A stretch of 13,000 nt of DNA from Acidobacteriota bacterium (lineage in GTDB: Bacteria; Acidobacteriota; UBA4820; DSQY01): the NCBI GenBank assembly GCA_049967655.1, contig JBMFSH010000058.1, positions 1-13,000 of the forward strand, given 5' to 3'. Each line of letters starts with the position of its first letter. Position 1 is the stretch's first letter. The position numbers and the translations under genes are program-made. Positions 6,166 to 13,000 of the stretch are shown here, piece by piece. The notes under the pieces are model-generated. The model did not search any database and was not told where the DNA came from. It saw only the letters and a program-made list of their open reading frames with translations.

Positions 6166-7941
6166 TCAGGCGGGCTTGGCCTCGGCGGCCGGCCTCACGA
6201 ATTGGTGGAAGAGCCCCTTATGGAAGGCGCTGTTGAAGGCCGTGACGACGGCGGGATCGTAGACCGTCTCCCTCAGCTCGTTGATGCGGGCCGCGCCCTG
6301 AGCAAGGGTCATGGCGCGCTGGTAGGGGCGGTTCGTGGTCATGGCGTCGAAGGCGTCGGCCACGCCGATGATACGCGCGATGACGGGGATCTCTTGCCCC
6401 TTCAGGTTGTCCGGGTACCCTCCTCCGGACCACTTTTCGTGGTGGTAGCGGATGCCGGGGATGATCTCCTGCATCTGCGGGATGCCCCCCAGTATCTGGG
6501 CGCCCTTGGGCGGGTGGGTCTTCATGATCTCGAACTCCTCGGCGGTCAAGGCACCGGGCTTTCTCAGGATCTTGTCCTCGATGCCGATCTTGCCCACGTC
6601 GTGCAGGAGCGAGGAGATCTCCATGATTCGCAGATTGCGTTCGTCGAGGCCGTACTCTCGGGCGATGATCATGGCGTAGGCCGAGACGCGCTCAGAGTGT
6701 CCGCGGGTATAGGGGTCCTTCGCGTCCAGCGCGTTGGCGATGGCGCGGATGGAATCCATGAAGAGCTGCTGGGTCTCGCGGGCGGCGGCCTCCACCTTCT
6801 GGATGTAGTCCTGGATGTCGTCCGCCATGGCGTTGAAGGCGCGGGCCAGGTCGCCGATCTCGTTACGGCTCCGGATGTCCGCGCGCTGGCTGAAGTTCCC
6901 GCGGGCCAAGTCCCGGCTCACCTCCGCCAGCTTGGAGATGGGCCGGGTGATGAGGCCGGCCATGATCAGGCCGATGAGCAGCGCCCCGGCGATGGAGAGC
7001 AGGACCCACAGTTTCGACTGCTGCCTGAGTTGGAGGATGGGAGCGTAGTATTTCTCCCGGTCCACCTGGGCGAAGAGAAGCCACCTGTAGCCGTTGATGG
7101 GGGCGCAGGTCACGAGATAGGTCCGCGGCTTTCCGTCCACCCTCTTGGTGACGTTGTAGTTGACCGCGCTGGTGGGATAGACGCCCGACACGAGCATCCG
7201 CTGGACGATGGGGTCCGTGGAGAGGTCCTTGGTCTGCCCCTGGTAGGCCGCGTTGGAGTGGAAAATGAGATTGCCGTTATCGTCGGTGACGAAGAGAGTG
7301 AACTCCCGGCTGTAGTCCGTGAGGCTGTCCTGAACGCTCTGCAGCAGAAAGATGCCGGTGATGGCCGCCACGGTCTGTCCTCCCGACTGGATCGGTGCCG
7401 TGAGCACCATGGCGGGCTCGGAGAGACGGCCCAGGGCGGCCAGGCGGACGTAGAAGACGGGGGAGGCACCCGGCTTGCCGCTCGATAGGCACTGGCTGGC
7501 CACGGGCGAGACCAGGCTGGTAAGCTGTGCCTGTTCGTTGGGCATCAGTCCCTTCCACTGGGCCGTGAACTGGTTGCCCTGGGGGTCCTGGTAGGCCAGG
7601 ATGAGCGAGTCGTTCGACAGGTAGCGCCCCAGGATGTCCCGCTGAAGCAGGTTCTCGAAGTTGGCCTTCGCGTCCGGATCGTTCGAATAGACCTCGAAGG
7701 CCGCCACCAAGTCTCCCAGGCGGCGCCGGTACTCGTCGAGCAGGTTCTGGATGTGGGCGGCGGCGGGGATGGAGGTCTTGAGCTGGCGTTCCCGAAGCGA
7801 CTCCTCGATGTAGTCCTTGCTCATGGAGATGGCCTTCCAGGAGTAGGTCACGAGGGGGACGACCACGACGACGACCAGGAGCACGGAGAGAACCCAGAAG
7901 ATGCTGATGCTCTTGACCGGGCGATTGGGATCTTCGGCCAC
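6166..7941 (-). CDS. Membrane sensor HD-GYP cyclic-dinucleotide phosphodiesterase (TM - periplasmic Cache-like - TM - HAMP - HD-GYP), 591 aa
   Basis: Two hydrophobic helices and a HAMP segment (ITRPISKLAEVSRDLARGNF...NEIGDLARAFNAMA). Catalytic motifs DAKDPYTRGHSERV, LLHDVGKIGI, HHEKWSGGGYP and ADAFDAMTTNRPYQR. GTG 7941 preceded by GAGGAG Shine-Dalgarno. The Cache-like call is inferred from position and length. Confidence 0.9.
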   Translation of the reverse strand: MAEDPNRPVKSISIFWVLSVLLVVVVVVPLVTYSWKAISMSKDYIEESLRERQLKTSIPAAAHIQNLLDEYRRRLGDLVAAFEVYSNDPDAKANFENLLQRDILGRYLSNDSLILAYQDPQGNQFTAQWKGLMPNEQAQLTSLVSPVASQCLSSGKPGASPVFYVRLAALGRLSEPAMVLTAPIQSGGQTVAAITGIFLLQSVQDSLTDYSREFTLFVTDDNGNLIFHSNAAYQGQTKDLSTDPIVQRMLVSGVYPTSAVNYNVTKRVDGKPRTYLVTCAPINGYRWLLFAQVDREKYYAPILQLRQQSKLWVLLSIAGALLIGLIMAGLITRPISKLAEVSRDLARGNFSQRADIRSRNEIGDLARAFNAMADDIQDYIQKVEAAARETQQLFMDSIRAIANALDAKDPYTRGHSERVSAYAMIIAREYGLDERNLRIMEISSLLHDVGKIGIEDKILRKPGALTAEEFEIMKTHPPKGAQILGGIPQMQEIIPGIRYHHEKWSGGGYPDNLKGQEIPVIARIIGVADAFDAMTTNRPYQRAMTLAQGAARINELRETVYDPAVVTAFNSAFHKGLFHQFVRPAAEAKPA

Positions 7942-7965
7942 GCCACCCTCCTCGGGATCGAGGCT

Positions 7966-7971
7966 ATTATA
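7966..7971 (-). promoter_or_regulatory. -10 element for the HD-GYP gene
   Basis: Perfect TATAAT on the minus strand, 24 nt upstream of the GTG. No recognisable -35 at 17-nt spacing. Confidence 0.5.
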
Positions 7972-8014
7972 GGTCAGGACACCTGAAAAATCCCCAATCT
8001 CTCCGAGGCTGGAG

Positions 8015-8039
8015 GCGCGCGGGCAGCGCGCGGGCAGCG
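8015..8039. repeat. Tandem 11-bp direct repeat in the divergent promoter region
   Basis: gcgcgcgggca at 8015-8025 and 8026-8036, plus a partial gcg at 8037-8039. Confidence 0.8.
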
Positions 8040-8041
8040 TG

Positions 8042-8071
8042 TTGACAGGGGGCAAGTGCGGGAATAATAAT
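8042..8071 (+). promoter_or_regulatory. Sigma70-type promoter for dxs
   Basis: Consensus TTGACA (8042-8047), followed by TAATAA at 17 nt or AATAAT at 18 nt, in an AT-rich island. Confidence 0.65.
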
Positions 8072-8109
8072 AACTATTCTTGTTTTTCAGCCCATGGTGA
8101 GGTGGCCCG

Positions 8110-10032
8110 GTGGCTCAGACCCGACTGTTGGATTCCATTCAGGTTCCCGAGGATCTCAGGGCCCTACCTGAAGAGGATCTGCCCAGGCTGTGCGGCGAAC
8201 TCCGCGATCACCTCATCGCGGTGGTCTCGGGAATCGGCGGGCACTTCTCGAGCAGCCTCGGCGTGGTCGAGCTCACGGTGGCCCTTCACTACGTTCTCAA
8301 CACCCCGAAGGACCTTCTCGTCTGGGACGTGGGCCATCAGGCCTACATCCACAAGATCCTCACGGGGCGGAAGGAGGCGCTGAAAACCATCCGCCGGCTG
8401 GGCGGCATCTCCGGGTTCCTGAAGCGCACCGAGAGCGAATACGACGTCTACGGAGCCGGCCACGCCTCCACCGCCCTGTCCGCCGCCTACGGCATGGCCG
8501 TGGCCAGGGACCTCAAGGGAGAGCAGTTCCGGGTGGCGGCGGTTTTCGGGGACGGGGCCCTCACCGGGGGCCTCTGCTACGAGGCGCTGAACAACGCCGG
8601 GGCCTCCCACCGGCGCTTCCTGGCCATCCTGAACGACAACCAGATGTCCATCTCTCCCAACGTGGGTGCCATCTACCGCTACCTCAACAACTTCGCGCAG
8701 ACGCCGCTCTATCAGGCCTTCCGCCGGCGGATCAAGGACGGACTCGAGAAGATCCCCCGCTACGGGAAGCCCATGACCCACCTCGCCCGCCGCCTCGAGG
8801 AGGGAGCCAAGGCCACCCTCACGCCCGGCGCCATCTTCGAGGCGCTGGGCTTCGACTACTATGGCCCGCTGGATGGCCATAACGTCCTAGAACTGGTGAA
8901 GGTCCTGAGGAACCTGAAGGACTTGGACAGGCCCGTGCTCCTGCACGTTCTGACCACCAAGGGAAAGGGGTACGGCCCGGCGGAGAAGTCTCCCGAAGGC
9001 TACCACGGCGTCAAGCCCTTCAGCCCCGAGGAGGGGATCCAGGCCTCGGCACCCGGCAAGCCCATGTTCCAGGACGCCTTCGGCGCCTCCCTCGTGCAGC
9101 TGGCTCGCCGCGATCCCCGCGTAGTAGGCATCACAGCCGCCATGCCGACGGGAACGGGCATCGTCCCTTTCTCGCTGGAATTCCCGGAGCGCTTTTTCGA
9201 CGTGGGCATCGCCGAGGAGCACGCCACGATCTTCGCCGCCGGCCTGGCCACGCAGGGGCTCAGGCCCGTCTGCGCCATCTATTCGACCTTCCTTCAGCGC
9301 GCCTACGACCAGATCCTCCACGACGTGGCCCTCCAGCACCTGCCCGTCCTCTTTTGCATGGACCGGGCGGGACTGGCCGGAGAGGACGGGCCCACCCACC
9401 ACGGGGCCTTCGATGTGGCTTTTCTCCGGCCCATCCCCGGCATGGTAGTCAGCGCGCCCAGGGACGGCAACGAGCTGCGCAATCTTATAGCCACCGCGCT
9501 GACTTACAACGACGGTCCCTTCGCCATCCGCTACCCGAAGGCTCCGGCCCTCCCCTTCGACCTGGAGGGTGAACCGAATGTCCTCCCCCTGGGCCGGTGG
9601 GAGGTCGTCCGGGAGGGCGAAGATCTCATCCTCCTGGCGGTGGGCCCCATGGTTCAGGAGGCCCTCGTGGCGGCGGAGGCGCTGGCCGCGGAGGGGTACC
9701 ACGTGGAGGTCGTGAACTGCCGCTTCATCAGACCCATGGATGAGGAGTACCTCGCTCACCGCATGCCTTCGGCCCGCATGGTCTTCACCGTGGAGGAGGG
9801 AATAGCCTCCGGCGGCTTCGGCTCCGCGGTCATGGAGTGGAAGGAGGCGCACGGAGTTTCCTCGCCCGTGGCCGCGTTGGCCATTCCTGATCAATTCGTG
9901 ACGCACGGCTCCAGAGGGGAGCTGCTTAAATCCATCGGGCTGACCTCCGAGGGCATCGTCGAAGCGGTTCGGAGCCGCGTGACGCCCAGGTCTGCCCCAC
10001 ACAAAAAGATCCGCAAGGCGGTGGTGGGCTGA
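8110..10032 (+). CDS. dxs: 1-deoxy-D-xylulose-5-phosphate synthase
   Basis: GGHFSSSLGVVELTVALH, WDVGHQAY, GAGHAST, ThDP motif GDGALTGG...LNDNQMSISPNVG, FFDVGIAEEHA, YSTFLQRAYDQ and DRAGLAGEDGPTHHG. GTG start with GAGGTG Shine-Dalgarno. Confidence 0.97.
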   Translation: MAQTRLLDSIQVPEDLRALPEEDLPRLCGELRDHLIAVVSGIGGHFSSSLGVVELTVALHYVLNTPKDLLVWDVGHQAYIHKILTGRKEALKTIRRLGGISGFLKRTESEYDVYGAGHASTALSAAYGMAVARDLKGEQFRVAAVFGDGALTGGLCYEALNNAGASHRRFLAILNDNQMSISPNVGAIYRYLNNFAQTPLYQAFRRRIKDGLEKIPRYGKPMTHLARRLEEGAKATLTPGAIFEALGFDYYGPLDGHNVLELVKVLRNLKDLDRPVLLHVLTTKGKGYGPAEKSPEGYHGVKPFSPEEGIQASAPGKPMFQDAFGASLVQLARRDPRVVGITAAMPTGTGIVPFSLEFPERFFDVGIAEEHATIFAAGLATQGLRPVCAIYSTFLQRAYDQILHDVALQHLPVLFCMDRAGLAGEDGPTHHGAFDVAFLRPIPGMVVSAPRDGNELRNLIATALTYNDGPFAIRYPKAPALPFDLEGEPNVLPLGRWEVVREGEDLILLAVGPMVQEALVAAEALAAEGYHVEVVNCRFIRPMDEEYLAHRMPSARMVFTVEEGIASGGFGSAVMEWKEAHGVSSPVAALAIPDQFVTHGSRGELLKSIGLTSEGIVEAVRSRVTPRSAPHKKIRKAVVG

Positions 10033-10150
10033 TCGTCGTGAAGGCCCCGCTCCGGGGAGAAGCTGAAGGGAACATGGCGGCCCCGTTCGCGGGCATGGTG
10101 GGCTGGGGCAGCCCGTTCGTCCATCCAGATCCAAGACAAAAGGAGAGCTC

Positions 10151-11632
10151 ATGCGCTGGCAGATCGTCACTGGATCACCCGAGAGCGTGAAGGCTGAAGC
10201 GATCGTCTTCGGTGTGTTCGAGGAGCTCGATTTCACGCCATTGGCCGCGGCGAAGAAGCTCACCGAGACGGCGCGCCAGATTCGGTTCAAGGGTAAGCCC
10301 GGCGAAGCTTTCTTCGCCTTTGACCTCGTCGGCACGCCGGCCAAACACCTTCTGGTGGTCGGCCTCGGAAAGCGCGGCGCACTCGGGCCCGATGGCTTGA
10401 GGGCGGCTTCCGCCCTGGCCGTGCGCAAGCTCCACGAGCGCTTTCTCAAGGAGGTCGCCCTGGCCCTCCCCCTGGAGGCGGATTCGCCGCAGGCACGCGG
10501 CGAGGCCATCTGCGCCCTGACGGAGGGTTTGCTCCTGGCCAACGAGCGCTTCGGACGTTATAGGACCGGAGAGGAGAACCCTTACGACGGCCTGCACGCA
10601 TGCCGAATCCTGGTGCCCAAGAGGAGGCCCGAGTACGAGGAGGGGGCGCGGAGGGGAGAGGTGATGGCCCAGGCCACGCTCTTCGCCCGCACCCTCGTGA
10701 GCGAGCCTTCCAACGTGATCACCCCAGCCCGCATGGCCGAAGAGGCCAAGAAGCTGGCGAAGGAGTACGGCTTCACCCTCAAGGTGTACGACGAGAAGGC
10801 CTGCGAGAAGATGGGGATGGGCGCCTATCTCGCCGTGGCGCAGGGGTCCAAGAACCCGCCCCGCTTCATCCACCTCTCCTACCGGCCGAAGGGGGCCCGG
10901 TTCCGCCTCGGCCTCGTGGGCAAGGGGCTGACCTTCGACTCGGGCGGCCTATCTCTCAAGCCCGCCGACAACATGGGCGCCATGAAGAGCGACATGGCCG
11001 GCTCTGCCGCCGTGCTGGGCGCCATGAAGGCCATCGGCGAGCTGAAGCCGGCCGTGGCGGTGGAGGCCGTGATGGCCATGGCCGAGAACATGCCAGGCGG
11101 TGGCGCCTACCGCCCCGGCGACATCCTGACGAGCATGAGCGGCAAGACCATCGAAGTCCTCAACACGGACGCCGAGGGGAGGCTCACCCTGGCCGACGCC
11201 CTCGCCTACGTCCAGCGGCAGAAGGTGGACGCGGTTGTGGACCTGGCCACCCTCACGGGCGCCTGCGTCGTGGCCTTGGGTCCGGACTACGCCGGCGCCA
11301 TGGGCAACGACCAGGCCTTTCTCGACGAGGTCCTGGCCGCGGCCAAGGGCTCGGGCGACCTCCTCTGGCCACTGCCTCTTCCCGAAGCTTACGGCAAGTA
11401 CATCAAGAGCTCCGTGGCCGACGTGGCCAACATCTCCCGGATCCGCTGGGGCGGTGCCCTCACCGCCGGCCTCTTCCTCAAGCATTTCGTCCACGAAGGG
11501 ACTCCCTGGGTCCACCTGGACATCGCCGGCCCGGCCCTTCGCGAAGACGACGGGATCGATTCCCACAAGGCAGAGGGCTCGGGCGCTGGCGTCCGGACCC
11601 TGGTGAGGCTGGCGCTCTCCAAGGGCGCGTGA
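10151..11632 (+). CDS. pepA: Leucyl (cytosol) aminopeptidase, peptidase M17
   Basis: VGKGLTFDSGG, MKSDMAGSA, EVLNTDAEGRLTLADAL, DLATLTGAC and WVHLDIAG. AAAGGAG Shine-Dalgarno. Confidence 0.95.
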   Translation: MRWQIVTGSPESVKAEAIVFGVFEELDFTPLAAAKKLTETARQIRFKGKPGEAFFAFDLVGTPAKHLLVVGLGKRGALGPDGLRAASALAVRKLHERFLKEVALALPLEADSPQARGEAICALTEGLLLANERFGRYRTGEENPYDGLHACRILVPKRRPEYEEGARRGEVMAQATLFARTLVSEPSNVITPARMAEEAKKLAKEYGFTLKVYDEKACEKMGMGAYLAVAQGSKNPPRFIHLSYRPKGARFRLGLVGKGLTFDSGGLSLKPADNMGAMKSDMAGSAAVLGAMKAIGELKPAVAVEAVMAMAENMPGGGAYRPGDILTSMSGKTIEVLNTDAEGRLTLADALAYVQRQKVDAVVDLATLTGACVVALGPDYAGAMGNDQAFLDEVLAAAKGSGDLLWPLPLPEAYGKYIKSSVADVANISRIRWGGALTAGLFLKHFVHEGTPWVHLDIAGPALREDDGIDSHKAEGSGAGVRTLVRLALSKGA

Positions 11633-11679
11633 GGAGTCAGGGCTTCGCCCGTGATCGGACCCCGTGAAGGGGGTTAACC

Positions 11680-11838
11680 ATGTCTCATCGGGAGCATCAG
11701 GACAAAGCCCCGGCCCGGCTGAACTTCGCGGTTCTCACGGGCGCCCGCCGCCTGGCCATGGAGCGCCTCATCCTACCCCAGGCGGGCCATCTCTGGGCCG
11801 TGCTCCACCCGGAGCCGTGTTCGTCAGGCCGAGCGTGA
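11680..11838 (+). CDS. Possible small protein (52 aa) or gene remnant, function unknown
   Basis: ATG 11680 to TGA 11838 reads MSHREHQDKAPARLNFAVLTGARRLAMERLILPQAGHLWAVLHPEPCSSGRA. Purine-rich GAAGGGGG lies upstream. About 80% of codons end in G/C by manual count. Confidence 0.35.
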   Translation: MSHREHQDKAPARLNFAVLTGARRLAMERLILPQAGHLWAVLHPEPCSSGRA

Positions 11839-11914
11839 ATTTGCTCTCCCCTCGCACCGCCTCGGACGGCCGAACGTGCGCGCCCGGCCGGCGAAAGAGG
11901 AGGCCACGGGAGTC

Positions 11915-13000
11915 ATGACCGCCGCTGCCGAGCTGCTCCTCTGGGTCATCGCCGCCTGGTGGACCTTAGCCTGCCTCATGCTGATCGCAAACCTTCTCCT
12001 GCTCCCGAAGCTTTCCCGCGGCCTCTCTGCGAGCGAATGGCCACCCCTGAGCGTCATCATTCCCGCGCGCAACGAGGCGGCGACCATCGAGAGAACCGTG
12101 GCGGCCCACTGCAGTCAGGACTACCCACGCCTCCAGGTGGTGGTCGTAGACGACGGCTCCACCGACGGCACCGGCGATATCCTCGCATGCCTGCAACGCC
12201 GCTTCGCTTGCCTCGAAGTGGCCCAGGGGCAGGAGCCTCCGGAGGGCTGGCTGGGCAAGCCCAACGCCCAGCGCGTAGGGCTCTCCAGGGCCACGGGCGA
12301 CCTCCTGCTCTTCGCGGACGCCGACGTGCTCTACGACCCGGGAGTGCACCGACGGGCCGTGGCCGAGCTGATGTCGAGGAATCTGGACATGCTGCTCCTG
12401 CTCTCCAACCTCGAAAGCAGGGGCCTGGAGCCGCTCGTCATGACCATGCTGGACGCCTTCTGCCTCTACGCCTCCCCGTCCTTCCTGCACAACATCCCCT
12501 GGTTCAGGAGCTTCGCCTTCGGGGCCGGCTCGGGCAACCTCGTACGCCGCGATGCCTTCGAGGCGGCGGGCGGCATCGATCGGATCAGGGCCGAAGTCAT
12601 CGACGACGTGGCCATGGGGAAGATGATGAAACGCTACCGGGGCCGGTTCCGCTTCGTGACGGCCTTCGACTCCATCCGCGTCAGGATGTATCGAGGTCTT
12701 CGGGGCTGCATGGAGGGCTTCACGAAGAACTACTACCACTTCTTCGGGCGCAACCCCCTCTGGGCCGCCTTCTGGCAGGGCGGAGACCTTCTCGTGCACA
12801 CCCTTCCGGCGACGCTGCTGCTGGCCAGCCTCCCCCTCCCTGCCCTCGCGCCGCTGCGGTGGCCCGCTGCCCTGGCCGTCGCCGCAGGCCTGATCTGCAA
12901 CGCCGCCACCTGCCTCTGGTCGCGCCACCCCCTCTGGGCCGCGCTGACCTTCCCGATCCGCCCGCTGCTCTGGTCCTGGATCCTCATCAAGTCAGCCTGG
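11915..13000 (+). CDS. GT2 family glycosyltransferase, CrtQ/CruC/HpnB-like, 3'-truncated by the window edge
   Basis: Manual translation from ATG 11915 (GAGGAGG upstream) gives an N-terminal TM helix, LSVIIPARNE, VVVDDGSTDGT, PPEGWLGKP, LLFADAD (DxD), VIDDVAMG, RMY...EGFTKN and a hydrophobic C-terminus. Not in the ORF track because no stop falls inside the window. Confidence 0.88.
   Translation, partial: MTAAAELLLWVIAAWWTLACLMLIANLLLLPKLSRGLSASEWPPLSVIIPARNEAATIERTVAAHCSQDYPRLQVVVVDDGSTDGTGDILACLQRRFACLEVAQGQEPPEGWLGKPNAQRVGLSRATGDLLLFADADVLYDPGVHRRAVAELMSRNLDMLLLLSNLESRGLEPLVMTMLDAFCLYASPSFLHNIPWFRSFAFGAGSGNLVRRDAFEAAGGIDRIRAEVIDDVAMGKMMKRYRGRFRFVTAFDSIRVRMYRGLRGCMEGFTKNYYHFFGRNPLWAAFWQGGDLLVHTLPATLLLASLPLPALAPLRWPAALAVAAGLICNAATCLWSRHPLWAALTFPIRPLLWSWILIKSAW

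Noticed and set aside
5920..7488. 522-aa plus-strand ORF
   Set aside because: Antisense shadow of the HD-GYP gene that also overlaps the kinase out of frame. No recognisable domain.
8887..10542. 551-aa minus-strand ORF
   Set aside because: Antisense shadow of dxs and pepA.
11966..12928. 320-aa minus-strand ORF
   Set aside because: The real gene is the plus-strand GT2 starting at 11915, which has clear family motifs.

Overview
GC-rich bacterial window. Genes in order: purC (-), a secreted HExxH metallopeptidase-like gene (-), tRNA-Ala(CGC) (-), an HD-superfamily hydrolase (+), a two-gene signalling unit (+), a convergent membrane HAMP/HD-GYP phosphodiesterase (-), dxs, pepA (M17 aminopeptidase), a possible 52-aa small ORF, and a GT2 glycosyltransferase that runs off the right edge and is missing from the ORF track. 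Two observations stand out. (1) A 688-aa cytoplasmic protein fuses a complete MglA-type small Ras-like GTPase to a GAF-like region and an intact-looking HisKA/HATPase histidine kinase. It has Ala instead of Gly at position 21, lies 17 nt behind a single-domain CheY-like receiver, and has no mglB/roadblock gene in the window. This is a candidate G-protein-gated two-component system. (2) A 261-bp non-coding MITE-like element (3334-3594) has 18-bp terminal inverted repeats and an exact 6-bp target-site duplication. A second, diverged, inverted copy occupies 1-151. All family assignments come from motif recognition by eye; no database searches were run.
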